A stretch of 64,000 bases of DNA from positions 160,001 to 224,000 of the forward strand of contig CBDCSU010000004.1 in assembly GCA_965221775.1 (NCBI GenBank), written 5' to 3'. This DNA comes from Candidatus Latescibacterota bacterium. GTDB taxonomy: Bacteria > Latescibacterota > UBA2968 > UBA8231. The position numbers were made by a program, and so were the translations under genes. This document shows, in pieces, positions 1 through 9,707 of the stretch; the stretch's first letter is position 1, and the number at the start of each line of letters is the position of its first letter. Below the pieces are notes generated by a model. It had not been told where the DNA came from. It was given only the letters and a program-made list of their open reading frames with translations, and ran no database searches.

Positions 1-168
1 CACCAGGCGGCCGTCCGCCTCGATGACCGGGGTGTGGGACGGGCGCCAGGTGGGGTCGCCCTCGATGTAGCCCCGGTAGCGCTCGTGGCCCCGGGGGTTG
101 TGGGAGGTGCAGAGCAAGTCGATCAGCTCGTCGAGCTCCGACTCGCGCAGGGGACGGATCGATTCCAT
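1..168 (-). CDS. N-terminal part of a probable GNAT/Eis-like N-acetyltransferase (runs off window edge)
   Basis: ATG at 168 reads MESIRPLRESELDELIDLLCTSHNPRGHERYRGYIEGDPTWRPSHTPVIEADGRLV with no stop. The IRPL..E and DGRLV pattern is typical of GNAT N-termini. Not in the ORF track. Confidence 0.55.
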   Translation of the reverse strand, partial: MESIRPLRESELDELIDLLCTSHNPRGHERYRGYIEGDPTWRPSHTPVIEADGRLV

Positions 169-302
169 GGGGATCAGGAAGTCCTGGCGGGCGGGGATGC
201 CGGGGGGAGTCCAGGCTGGTTGCCCGGGGGCGGGGGATGTATCAAGCTCATGGGGGGAGACAAGATAGAGGCCCATGGGGGAAGGCGCCGGAGGGTGAGT
301 CG

Positions 303-1058
303 ATGAGTCTGAAGGAGGCGACGGCCCTGGTGACGGGGGGCGGCCGAGGCATCGGCCGGGCGGTGGCGGAGGCGTTGGCGAAGGCCGGCGCCGCGGTGGT
401 GGTGAACTACCTGGCCGACGAGGCCGCGGCGCAGCGGACCGTCGACGGCATCCGGGGCTCCGGGGGACGGGCCTGGGCGGTGCCGGCCGATGTGGCCGAC
501 CCGGCCCAGGTGGAAGGCCTGTTCGCCGAGACCCGGCGTCTCCTCGGCGGCCGGCTGGACATCCTCGTGAACAACGCCGGCGGCCCGGGGGTGCGCCGGC
601 CGGTGGCGGAGCTGAGCCTGGAGGAGTGGCGGCGCTGCCTGGAGGTGAACCTCGACGGCGTCTTCCTGTGCACCCGGGCGGCCCTGCCGCTGCTGCCCGA
701 CGGCCGCGGCCGCATCGTCAACGTGACCTCCATCTCGGCGCGCTCGGGCGGCGGCCCCGGGGGCTCTGCCTATGCCGCCGCCAAGGCCGGGGTCAGCAAC
801 TTCACGCGGGCCTGCGCCAAGGAGCTGGCGCCGCGGCGGATCACCGTGAACGGCGTCGCCCCCGGGGTGATCGACACCGACCTGCACCGGCGGGGCACGC
901 CCCCGGAGGAGCTGGCGGCGGTGACCGCCCAGGTCCCCCTCGGGCGCATCGGCGGCGCCGGGGAAGCGGCGGCGGCGGTGGTCTTCCTCTGCGGCGGGGA
1001 GGCCGGCTACATCACCGGCGAGATCCTCGAGGTCAACGGCGGCCTGCGCATGGACTGA
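303..1058 (+). CDS. SDR family NAD(P)-dependent oxidoreductase (FabG-like)
   Basis: TGGGRGIG, NNAG, YAAAK and VNGVAPG motifs; GGAGG upstream of ATG 303. Confidence 0.92.
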   Translation: MSLKEATALVTGGGRGIGRAVAEALAKAGAAVVVNYLADEAAAQRTVDGIRGSGGRAWAVPADVADPAQVEGLFAETRRLLGGRLDILVNNAGGPGVRRPVAELSLEEWRRCLEVNLDGVFLCTRAALPLLPDGRGRIVNVTSISARSGGGPGGSAYAAAKAGVSNFTRACAKELAPRRITVNGVAPGVIDTDLHRRGTPPEELAAVTAQVPLGRIGGAGEAAAAVVFLCGGEAGYITGEILEVNGGLRMD

Positions 1059-1059
1059 G

Positions 1060-3006
1060 ATGCTCCCCGGATCTCGCAAGACCTCGGGAGTGACGCTGCG
1101 CGCGGTCCTCACCGGCGCGGTGCTGATGGCGGCGATCTGCGCGCTCGGCCCCTGGGCGATCCTGATGGTCAAGGGATCGCAGCTCACCAATACCGCCATC
1201 CCCATCATCGCCGTCCTCTTCCTCTTCGGCATGACCGCCGTGGCCGTGCCCGTTCTCGGGGCGCTCCACCGCCGGCTGGCCTTCTCCCGCTCCGAGGTGA
1301 TCACCGTCTACGGGATGATGCTGGTGGGCGCCACCATCGTCACCGGTTTCACCGGCCACTTCCTGTCGGTCATCACCGGGGCGATGTACTACGCCAGCCC
1401 CGAGAACGACTGGAAGGCGATGTTCGTGGAGCACCAGCATCCCTGGGTGTCGCCCACCGACCCCGGGGCCGTGCGCTCCCTCTACGAGGGGCTTGCCGGG
1501 GGCATGGCCGTTCCCTGGTCGGCCTGGGCCCTCACCCTGGCCCTGTGGATGCCCTTCATGGCCGTCCTCTACTGGTGCGTGTTCTGCCTGGCGGTGCTGC
1601 TGCGCGGCCAGTGGATCGAGAACGAGCGGCTCCTCTTTCCGCTCACGAGCCTGCCCCTGGCCATGACCCGGGACCCGGGGAAGTCAGGTGGCCTCTTCAG
1701 CCCTCTCCTTAGAAGCCGGCTCATGTGGCTCGGGTTCGCCCTGCCCTTGCTGCTGCACTCCTGGAACTCCCTCTCCGCCTACCACGACGGCATTCAGGCC
1801 CTGGCCCTGACCGGTTCCTTCAGCCTGCTCCAGGGGGAGGTGGGGGTGCCCTTCCGCCTCAACTTCCCGATCATCGGCGTGGGCTACCTGATGTCGCTGG
1901 GGGTCTCCTTCAGCATCTGGTTCTTCTTCGTCCTGGGCGTGGTGCAGGCCTGGGTCTTCGCGCGCATCGGCCTGGAGATCGGCGGCGGCGACGTGTGGAA
2001 CTCCGGTGGCGCTCCCGCGGCGATCATGCACCAGCAGGCCGGGGCCCTCGTGGTCCTGGTGGGGTTCGTGCTGTGGACGGCGCGGCGGCACCTGGGCGGC
2101 CTGGTGCGCCAGGCCCTGGACAACAAGGGGGGCGGTGAGGAGGTCGTGGCGCCGCGCACCGCGGTCCTCGGCCTGCCGGCGGGCGTGGCCCTCCTGGTGG
2201 CGTGGCTCACCCTGACTGGTCTCAGCCTGTACGTGGCCGTGCTGCTGGTGCTGGGGGCCCTGATCGTCTACATCGGCGTAGCCCGCGTCATCTGCGAGGC
2301 CGGCCTGCCCGGGGTCCAGACGCCGATGGTGCCCCAGGCCTTCATCACCCGCGGTTTCGGACCGTCCGTGCTGGGCCTGCGGAACATGACCGGACTGGGG
2401 CTGAGCACGGTGTGGGTGGGGGCCGGGGGGCTCACCACCATGACGAGCGCCATGCTCCACACCTTCAAGCTGAAGGCCACCGCCGGAGAGCGGCCCGACC
2501 GCCGTCTGCCCTGGATCTTCCTGGCGGCCATCATCGTCGGGATGGCCGGCTCGATCTGGGTCACCATGCGCATTTGCTACGCCCACGGCGGCATCAACAT
2601 GCACGGGTGGTTCTTCGAGGGAGCTCCCAAGTGGCCCCTGACCTACATGGCCTCGGTCTACAACGATCCGGAATCGTCCTTCGCCCCGAGGATGCTGTTC
2701 ACCGGCCTGGGGGGCGGCTTCATGGCCCTGCTGTTCTTCCTGCGCCAGCGCCTGCCCTGGTGGCCCCTTCACCCTATCGGCTTTCCCATCGCCACCACCT
2801 ACCCCATCGTCTCCTACGATTGGTTCGCCCTGTTCATGGCCTGGATCATCAAGGCACTGGTCCTGCGCCACGGCGGGGTGCGGGCCTACCGCTCCCTCGT
2901 GCCCTTCTTCCTGGGCCTGATCCTGGGCGAGTTCTCCACCGCATGCATGTGGGTCTTCATCGACGGGGCCCACGGTGTGGAGGGGAACATGATCTTCAAT
3001 TTCTGA
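1060..3006 (+). CDS. Polytopic membrane protein, DUF6785/DUF6784-like (putative transporter)
   Basis: 648 aa with many hydrophobic segments. Motifs QWIENERLxFPL, RVICEAG, WWPLHPIG and PFFLGLILGE are shared with paralog 6859..8805. Confidence 0.75.
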   Translation: MLPGSRKTSGVTLRAVLTGAVLMAAICALGPWAILMVKGSQLTNTAIPIIAVLFLFGMTAVAVPVLGALHRRLAFSRSEVITVYGMMLVGATIVTGFTGHFLSVITGAMYYASPENDWKAMFVEHQHPWVSPTDPGAVRSLYEGLAGGMAVPWSAWALTLALWMPFMAVLYWCVFCLAVLLRGQWIENERLLFPLTSLPLAMTRDPGKSGGLFSPLLRSRLMWLGFALPLLLHSWNSLSAYHDGIQALALTGSFSLLQGEVGVPFRLNFPIIGVGYLMSLGVSFSIWFFFVLGVVQAWVFARIGLEIGGGDVWNSGGAPAAIMHQQAGALVVLVGFVLWTARRHLGGLVRQALDNKGGGEEVVAPRTAVLGLPAGVALLVAWLTLTGLSLYVAVLLVLGALIVYIGVARVICEAGLPGVQTPMVPQAFITRGFGPSVLGLRNMTGLGLSTVWVGAGGLTTMTSAMLHTFKLKATAGERPDRRLPWIFLAAIIVGMAGSIWVTMRICYAHGGINMHGWFFEGAPKWPLTYMASVYNDPESSFAPRMLFTGLGGGFMALLFFLRQRLPWWPLHPIGFPIATTYPIVSYDWFALFMAWIIKALVLRHGGVRAYRSLVPFFLGLILGEFSTACMWVFIDGAHGVEGNMIFNF

Positions 3007-3013
3007 GCTGTTC

Positions 3014-4387
3014 ATGCCGAGTGAATGGATCGCGTGGCTGCTGGCCGCCGCGGCCGCGGTCACGGCCTGGCTGGTTGGAAGGACCGCCGCCCGGGGCGTG
3101 GCCCGCCCCATGGGCTGGGGTTCCTTCGGGCTGTTCACCGTGGGGGCCGGCCTCTGGCTGTTCGGCGATACCTGCGCCTACTACCACGCCGGGAAGGAGC
3201 CGGCCCTGCGGTTCTCCTACTGGGGCTCCTACCGCGAGCACCAGATGTGGGGGGAGATCGTCGAGGCCTTCCGGCGGCTCCACCCGGAGATCGACGTCCG
3301 GCGGGAGTACATCACCGGCCGCTACACCGACAAGATCCAGAAGCTGCTGCTGGCCGGCGAGGCGCCGGACGTCATGATGTTCGCCGACGAGCACTTCCCG
3401 CGCTTCGCCCCCAGCGGCAAGCTGGAGGCCCTCGACGGGTACTGCCGGTCAGCGGACCGTCCGCTGGACCTGGAGAGGGACTTCTTCGAGACCTCGGCGG
3501 CCCACTTCCAGGCCGACGGCCGGGCCTACGGGATCCCCGTCTTCGGCGGCAACTGTCTGATCCTCTACAACCGCGACGCCTTCCGCGAGGCCGGGCTGCC
3601 GGAGCCGCCCGACCGCTGGACCCTGGACGAGTTCCTCGCCGCCTGCCGGCGCCTCACGGCGGACACCGACAACGACGGCCGCATCGACCGCTACGCCTTC
3701 CTGGTGCCCGGCTGGGTCTACTGGATGCCCTTCCACTTCGCCCACGGCGGCCGCTATCTCGACCCGACCCGGCGCCACTGGCGCCTGTGGGGCCCGGAGG
3801 CCGAGACCTCCTTCGCCTTCTGGCAGGATCTGCGTCACCGCCACCACGTGGCGCCCCACCGCGACGAGCTGGGCGAGACCGGCGGGGTCGCCTTCATGAC
3901 GGGCCGGGTGGCGATGCAGGTGAACGGGCCGTGGGCGATGCCGCCCCTCAACGCCGCCGGGGTGAGCTACGACGTGGCGCACACGCCGGCCGGTCCCGAT
4001 GGGCGGGCGACCCGGGTGACCTGGGACGGGCTGGTCATGTTCAGCGGATCGCGGAAGAAGGACCAGGCCTGGAAGTTCATCCATTTCGCCCTCGGTCTGG
4101 AGGCCCAGGAGACCGTGGCCCGCTACCAGCGCTCGGTTCCCGCCCTCAAGGCGGCGGGGCCGGCCTTCATCGACGCCAACCCGGAGGTCCGCGCCGGGCG
4201 CTTCATCGAGGCCCTGGAGTACTCGCGCTTCCAGCCGATCACGGCGGACTGGGCCCTCATGTCCCGGGAGATGTCCGGCGAGGTCGACCTTATGCTCGAC
4301 GGCCGGCAGACGCCGCGCCAGACTCTGCTGGAGCTGGTGCGCAACGCGCACCTGTCCGAGCGGTTCATCATGCCCGAAATGGAATGA
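3014..4387 (+). CDS. Sugar-type extracellular solute-binding protein with N-terminal membrane segments
   Basis: APDVM, GRAYGIP, ILYNRDAFREAGL, AFMTGRVAM and AWKFIHF are typical of carbohydrate-type SBPs; contains a DTDNDG loop and two N-terminal hydrophobic stretches. Confidence 0.85.
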   Translation: MPSEWIAWLLAAAAAVTAWLVGRTAARGVARPMGWGSFGLFTVGAGLWLFGDTCAYYHAGKEPALRFSYWGSYREHQMWGEIVEAFRRLHPEIDVRREYITGRYTDKIQKLLLAGEAPDVMMFADEHFPRFAPSGKLEALDGYCRSADRPLDLERDFFETSAAHFQADGRAYGIPVFGGNCLILYNRDAFREAGLPEPPDRWTLDEFLAACRRLTADTDNDGRIDRYAFLVPGWVYWMPFHFAHGGRYLDPTRRHWRLWGPEAETSFAFWQDLRHRHHVAPHRDELGETGGVAFMTGRVAMQVNGPWAMPPLNAAGVSYDVAHTPAGPDGRATRVTWDGLVMFSGSRKKDQAWKFIHFALGLEAQETVARYQRSVPALKAAGPAFIDANPEVRAGRFIEALEYSRFQPITADWALMSREMSGEVDLMLDGRQTPRQTLLELVRNAHLSERFIMPEME

Positions 4388-4404
4388 CGACGGAGGAGGG
4401 ACCG

Positions 4405-5646
4405 ATGCCCATGCGCGAACGCCCCGACCTGCTGACCGGGGACAGCCCCGAGGGTCTGCGGGTCTTCCAGCTGACCACACAGGAGTCGCCCTCCTCCCAC
4501 ATCTACATGGAGGCGCAGATCTTCACGCCCGACTCGCGGCGGTTCCTCCTCCATCACCCGGCCCGGGCCCACGGCATCGACTTCATGGACCCGGCCCACC
4601 GCTACCTGGTCTGCGATCTCGATTCCGGCGGCGAGCTGACGCCGGTCATCGAGGAGGTGGGCGCCACGGCGCCGTCGGTGTCGCCGGACGGCCGGTTCCT
4701 CTACTACTTCGTCGACGCCACGAACCCCTGCGAGCCCGGGCGCCTGACCCTCAAGCGGGTCGGCCTGGACGGCGGCGGCCGCGAGGAGGTCGCCGTCCTC
4801 GACGGCGTCCCCGCCGGCTGGCCGGGGCCGTTCTCGCGGCCGTACTCGCTGTCGACGATCTCCTCCGACGGCGCCCGGCTGGCGATCTCCGGCTTCCTCG
4901 GCGACGGCCGTTCGGAGAACGCGCCCTGGGGGCTGGTGGTCTTCGATGTCGCCTCCGGCGGGGCGGAGCTGATCCTGCAGGGGCCGTCGTGGTGCAACGT
5001 CCACGCCCAGTACTGCCGCTCCACCGACCCCGAGGCCGCGCGCGACATCCTGATCCAGGAGAACCACGGCAACCTGTGCGACGCCACGGGCCGCTGCACG
5101 CGGCTGGTGGGCGGCGACGGCGCCGACGTGCACGTCATCCGCGACGACGGCACCGGGTTCCGCGACCTGCCCTGGGGGCGCGACGGCAACGAGTTCTGCC
5201 AGGGCCACCAGTGCTGGGTCGGCCGCAGCCGGCGCGCCGTCACCAGCACCTCCCGGCGCGAGCCCCGCTGCGCCGAGCTGATCGAGGGGAGCGCCGCGCC
5301 CCATGCGGGCCACGTGGGGCTGCGCACCCCGGGAGGGCAGCGCAACGACCTGTCGCGCGGCTTCCCGGCGCCCAGCTTCTGCCACTTCGCCACCGACATC
5401 GCCGGACGGCGGCTGATCTCGGACTCCGGCCCCCGGGAGGGCGGCGGCGGTCTGTGGCTGGGAACTCTGCCCGCCGACGGCCGGTCGCCGGTGGAGGACT
5501 GGACGTGGCTGCTGAACCCGCGCTCGACGTGGCGCAAGGAGAGCCACATCCACCCCTTCCTGTCGCCCGACGGGCGCACGGGGTTCTTCAACTCCGACGA
5601 GAGCGGCGTCCACCAGTGCTACATGGTGAGAGGCTGGGAGGACTAG
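4405..5646 (+). CDS. Oligogalacturonate-lyase-like / TolB-like beta-propeller protein
   Basis: GGAGG RBS before ATG 4405/4411 (alternative ATG 4384). Motifs HIYMEAQIFTPDS, SPDGRFLYY, HQCW and C-terminal HIHPFLSPDG..FFNSD resemble the Ogl family. Confidence 0.6.
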   Translation: MPMRERPDLLTGDSPEGLRVFQLTTQESPSSHIYMEAQIFTPDSRRFLLHHPARAHGIDFMDPAHRYLVCDLDSGGELTPVIEEVGATAPSVSPDGRFLYYFVDATNPCEPGRLTLKRVGLDGGGREEVAVLDGVPAGWPGPFSRPYSLSTISSDGARLAISGFLGDGRSENAPWGLVVFDVASGGAELILQGPSWCNVHAQYCRSTDPEAARDILIQENHGNLCDATGRCTRLVGGDGADVHVIRDDGTGFRDLPWGRDGNEFCQGHQCWVGRSRRAVTSTSRREPRCAELIEGSAAPHAGHVGLRTPGGQRNDLSRGFPAPSFCHFATDIAGRRLISDSGPREGGGGLWLGTLPADGRSPVEDWTWLLNPRSTWRKESHIHPFLSPDGRTGFFNSDESGVHQCYMVRGWED

Positions 5647-5659
5647 CCCCGGGCCGGGC

Positions 5660-6742
5660 TCAGTTGCCGAAGCCCTCGCTGTCGTAGCGGGCGTGGATGC
5701 GGCCCTCGTCCTCGAGGTTGGAGTTGCCGAGGATGGCGACCTCGAGCTGCTCCTTGTTGGACTCGGGGTTGGTGATGGGGCTGGTGTAGGTGAGCAGGTA
5801 GAAGCTCCTCGACAGGTCGGTGATCTCCTTCTGGATCTCGAGGAAGGCCTGCTTCAGCTCGGAGATGATGTCGGCCTCGAAGAAGCCCATGGTGCGGAAG
5901 GTGAGGCGCCGCAGGGGCCCCCGTTCGAGGTCTTCGGTGTTGAGGGCGGCCACGTAGATCTTCTTGAGCTCGCCGCCGGAGCCCACCATGGCGTCGATGG
6001 CGTCCTCGACCTGCAGGCTCGGGTCGGCGTTGTGGAAGCCGTCGGTGAAGACCACCAGGCTGCCGTCGACGATCCCGGTGAGGGAGACCCGGTCCTCCCA
6101 CAGGCCGGCCACGTCCATGATCGCCCCGTAGAGGTTGGTCGAGGGGATCAGGTCGTCCTCGGGGATCGAGGCCACGGCCTCGGCCAGGACCGCGGGGTCG
6201 GAGGTGAAGTCCTGGACCCGCCGCGTCCGGCTGTCGAAGACGTAGATGGCCATCTCCTGGTTGTCGCTGATGCTCTGCACCAGGAAGGTGACGGCCTCCT
6301 TGATCTGCGGCACCTGGCCGCGCACGCTGGAGCTCATGTCGAGGAGGAGCACCGTGGGGATGGTGAAGGGGATCGCCGAGGTGCTCACCGTGAGGCCGGA
6401 CTCGACGCCGACCTTGCGGCCGTTCTCGGCGACGACGAAGTCGGCATCGCCGAGGCCGGGGACGCCGCGGCCGCCGGCGTCCTTCACCTGCAGCAGGAGG
6501 CCCACCTCGCGCGCCTGCGGATCGACGGAGAGCTCGTACTCGGTGAGGTGGTAGAACCGTTCGGAGTCGTAGGTGCAGCTGCCGTCGTCGGTGTTGGCGG
6601 ACCTCGAGAAGTTGAGGCCCGCTATGTCGGTGCAGCCCGGAATCTCCGGCTCCCCGGGGATGTCGACGGGGTTGCCGCCGCCCCCGCAGCCGATGGCAAC
6701 GGCCGCCGCCAGGCCTGTCAGGAAGAGCGCGTTTCGTGTCAT
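5660..6742 (-). CDS. VWA-domain lipoprotein
   Basis: Lipobox AVAIG-C; MIDAS DMSSS, T in STNLYGA, and VVFTDG; one GCTD..LNF..ANTDDGSC motif. Confidence 0.8.
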   Translation of the reverse strand: MTRNALFLTGLAAAVAIGCGGGGNPVDIPGEPEIPGCTDIAGLNFSRSANTDDGSCTYDSERFYHLTEYELSVDPQAREVGLLLQVKDAGGRGVPGLGDADFVVAENGRKVGVESGLTVSTSAIPFTIPTVLLLDMSSSVRGQVPQIKEAVTFLVQSISDNQEMAIYVFDSRTRRVQDFTSDPAVLAEAVASIPEDDLIPSTNLYGAIMDVAGLWEDRVSLTGIVDGSLVVFTDGFHNADPSLQVEDAIDAMVGSGGELKKIYVAALNTEDLERGPLRRLTFRTMGFFEADIISELKQAFLEIQKEITDLSRSFYLLTYTSPITNPESNKEQLEVAILGNSNLEDEGRIHARYDSEGFGN

Positions 6743-6750
6743 CGTGCTCT

Positions 6751-6779
6751 TCGATAGCCACGTTCCCCGGGAATGTCAA
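6751..6779 (-). promoter_or_regulatory. Putative sigma70 promoter for the VWA gene
   Basis: TTGACA-17 nt-TATCGA on the minus strand, with 8 nt between the -10 box and the ATG. Confidence 0.45.
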
Positions 6780-6802
6780 GCAGGGAAAGAGGGGCCTTCT
6801 TC

Positions 6803-6831
6803 TTGAGGGAGTTAGCGCCGCGGGGTAAGAT
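6803..6831 (+). promoter_or_regulatory. Putative sigma70 promoter for the second DUF6785-like gene
   Basis: TTGAGG-17 nt-TAAGAT, divergent from the 6751-6779 promoter. Confidence 0.5.
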
Positions 6832-6858
6832 GATGAGCCCCATGGACGAGGACATCCG

Positions 6859-8805
6859 ATGACGCAGCACTCCGCCGCCGCCGCCGGTCCGGTGCGGGCG
6901 CCGCGCACCCTGATCGCCGGCTCGGCGATGTGCGTCCTCATCGCCGCCTGGGGGCCCTACAACCTGCTCGTCCTGCGCGGGTCCTGCCTGACCATCGACT
7001 TCTCCACGGGGGCGGCGATCGCCGTCCTGTTCTTCGCCGCCTTCTTCCTCAACGGCCTGCTGCGCGCCTTCCTGCCGGTCCTGTCCCTGTCCTCGGGGGA
7101 GCTGTCCATCACCTACCTGATGGCGGCCATCGCCTGCTCGATCTGCACCATGGGGCTGACCCTGCAGCTCGTGCCCCTGGTGCCGGCCATGGATTACCTC
7201 GCCTCGCCGGAGAACGAGTGGGCCCGCGACATCCTGCCCTACGTGCCTCACTGGCTGCGGCTGCAGGGGGAAGACGTGATCCTCGGCTTCTACGAGGGCC
7301 TCTCCGAGGGCGAGTCGATCCCCTGGGGGGCCTGGGCGAAGCCGCTGCTGGCGTGGATGCCCGTGATCGTCGGTCTCTACCTGGTCATGATCTCCCTGGC
7401 CGTGCTCTTCAGCCGCCAGTGGATCGAGCACGAGCGCCTCGCCTACCCCCTGGCCCAGGTGCCCCTGGTCATGACCTCCCAGGAGGAGGGCCGGGCCCTG
7501 AACGCCTTCTTCCGCAACCCGGTCATGTGGCTGGGCTTCTCCGTGCCCTTCACCATCACCGGCATGAACGGCCTCCACTTCTATCACCACTTCGTGCCGA
7601 ATTTCTATCTGAGCACTCACATCAACCTCTTCCACGACATGCCCGCCCTGTGGTTGAACCTGACCTTCTCCATGATGGGCTTCGCCTACCTGGTGCACCA
7701 GGAGGTGGCCCTGAGCGTCTGGCTGTTCTACCTGGTGGGCTACGCCGTCTCCGGCGTGTTCTCCCAGGTCGGCATCACCCGGAGCGTGACGCTCGACTTC
7801 TACGCCCAGCGCGACGGCGGTCCGATCTTCTCCTACGTCCAGTTCGGCGCCCTCATGGCCCTGGTCGGCTATACCCTGTGGACGGCGCGGGGGCATCTGC
7901 GCGGCAGCTGGAGGGCCGCCTGGCGCTCGTCGACCTCCTCGGCCGGGGACGCCATGTCCATGCGCAGCGTCTACGTGCAGCTGATCCTGGGGCTGGTGCT
8001 GATGACGGGATGGTTCACCGCCGCGGGCGTGCCCCTCTGGGCGGGGGCGGCCTTCGTCCTGGTGATGACAGTCACCTTCCTGGGGATCACCCGCATCCTC
8101 TGCGAGGCCGGGCTGGCCCGGACGCGGGCGCAGCTTCCCACGCCCACGGTGCTGCGTTCCATGGTCGGCACCGCCCACCTGGGCCCGGCCGGGACGATCG
8201 GCGTCCTGGGCTACGGGCAGGTCTGGATGAGCGACGTGCGCACCTTCGTCATGGCCGCCGCCGCCAACGGCCTCAAGCTGACGGCCTCGATCCGGGGCAA
8301 GGCCCTGGTCCTGGGGAGCACGGTGCTGGCCGTGGTGCTCGCCCTCGTGGCGTCGATCGGGTCGACCCTCTACTTCGCCTACGAGAGCGGCGCCCACAAC
8401 GCCAACAGCTGGTTCTTCATCCGCGCTCCCCGGTACATCGTCGATTTCGCCGCCGGCTACGTGCGCGAGCCGGCCGCCGTCGACGTGGCGGGCCTGGGGC
8501 TGATGGGGCTGGGCGGCGCCGGCATGCTCGGCCTCTACTGGATCCGCGCCCACTTCCTGGGCTTTCCCATCCACCCCCTGGGGCTGGCCGTCTCGCAGAT
8601 GGCCCTCACCCGGCACATGTGGTTCAGCATGTTCGTCGTGTGGCTGCTGAAGGCGGTGATGATCCGCTACGGCGGCCCCCGCCTGCTGCTGCGGGTGCGG
8701 CCCTTCTTCCTCGGCTTCATCCTCGGGGAGTTCGTGGCCCTCTCCATGTGGCTGATGATCGATCTGGCCACGGGGGCCCAGGGCAACAGCCTCTTCAACG
8801 TCTGA
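6859..8805 (+). CDS. Polytopic membrane protein, DUF6785/DUF6784-like (paralog 2)
   Basis: 648 aa; YLASPENEW, QWIEHERLAYPL, RILCEAG, FPIHPLG and PFFLGFILGE motifs. Confidence 0.75.
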   Translation: MTQHSAAAAGPVRAPRTLIAGSAMCVLIAAWGPYNLLVLRGSCLTIDFSTGAAIAVLFFAAFFLNGLLRAFLPVLSLSSGELSITYLMAAIACSICTMGLTLQLVPLVPAMDYLASPENEWARDILPYVPHWLRLQGEDVILGFYEGLSEGESIPWGAWAKPLLAWMPVIVGLYLVMISLAVLFSRQWIEHERLAYPLAQVPLVMTSQEEGRALNAFFRNPVMWLGFSVPFTITGMNGLHFYHHFVPNFYLSTHINLFHDMPALWLNLTFSMMGFAYLVHQEVALSVWLFYLVGYAVSGVFSQVGITRSVTLDFYAQRDGGPIFSYVQFGALMALVGYTLWTARGHLRGSWRAAWRSSTSSAGDAMSMRSVYVQLILGLVLMTGWFTAAGVPLWAGAAFVLVMTVTFLGITRILCEAGLARTRAQLPTPTVLRSMVGTAHLGPAGTIGVLGYGQVWMSDVRTFVMAAAANGLKLTASIRGKALVLGSTVLAVVLALVASIGSTLYFAYESGAHNANSWFFIRAPRYIVDFAAGYVREPAAVDVAGLGLMGLGGAGMLGLYWIRAHFLGFPIHPLGLAVSQMALTRHMWFSMFVVWLLKAVMIRYGGPRLLLRVRPFFLGFILGEFVALSMWLMIDLATGAQGNSLFNV

Positions 8806-8811
8806 CGCCCC

Positions 8812-9558
8812 TCAGCCCTCCTGCTCCTTCTTCCAGGCCTCGTACTCGGGGCGCGCCTCCTCCGACAGGGGGTAGTACTTCCTCAGGTGGCCGCCCTCGA
8901 GCAGCCGCAGGCGGCTGAACTCCTCCCACTCGGCGTGGGAGCCGGCGGCCTCCACCAGCTCGGCAGCCAGCTTCGCCGGCACCGCCACGACCCCGTCGTC
9001 GTCGGCGACGATGATGTCCCCGGGCAGGACCAGGCTGTCGTTGAGGGCGACGGGCACGTTCACCGCGTAGGGGAAGATGCTGGTCTGGGTGTGGAAGTTC
9101 GGCGTCACCCCCCGCAGCCACAGGCCCAGGTCGAGGTCCCGCTGCACGATGGGGTAGTCGCGGATGCAGCCGTCGACGACGACGCCGGCGCCGCCGCGGC
9201 CCTGGAAGAAGGTGAGCATCATGTTGCCGAAGACGCCGCTCTTCATGTCGCCCCGGGCGTCGACGCAGACCACGTCCCCCGGCCGCGCGTGGTAGAGCAC
9301 GTGCCGGTGCAGCTGCGACTCCGGGTCGGCGTACTCGTCCTGGTCGTACACGTCCTCCCGCTGGGGCATGAACTGCAGGGTGAGGGCCGGGCCGACGACG
9401 CTCCGGCCGGGGGTGAAGGGCACGGGCCCGAGGACGTGCGGGTCCTGGATGCCGAGGCGCTTGAGCTCACCGGCGGCGGTGGCCGAGCCGATGTGGCGGA
9501 GCCCGTCGATGATCTCCGCGGGCGGGCGCTCGATGTCGGGGGTGTGGGTGTCGGCCAT
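8812..9558 (-). CDS. RraA-like / HMG aldolase family protein
   Basis: VGPALTLQFMPQRED, GVFG, GVVVDGCIRD and VLPGDIIVADDDGVV; ATG 9558 with GGAG RBS. Confidence 0.85.
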   Translation of the reverse strand: MADTHTPDIERPPAEIIDGLRHIGSATAAGELKRLGIQDPHVLGPVPFTPGRSVVGPALTLQFMPQREDVYDQDEYADPESQLHRHVLYHARPGDVVCVDARGDMKSGVFGNMMLTFFQGRGGAGVVVDGCIRDYPIVQRDLDLGLWLRGVTPNFHTQTSIFPYAVNVPVALNDSLVLPGDIIVADDDGVVAVPAKLAAELVEAAGSHAEWEEFSRLRLLEGGHLRKYYPLSEEARPEYEAWKKEQEG

Positions 9559-9707
9559 CTGGTTCTCCTCGGCGGTTTCGGTTGGACCCTGTCTCGCGGG
9601 CGGGAGAAGGTAAGGCAGAACCCCGGGGGCATGGCGTCCGCACCCGACGGCTGGTTGACGGCCCCGGCGGCATGACGTTAGCTCCCTGACCGCCGAAGGC
9701 ATCCTGC

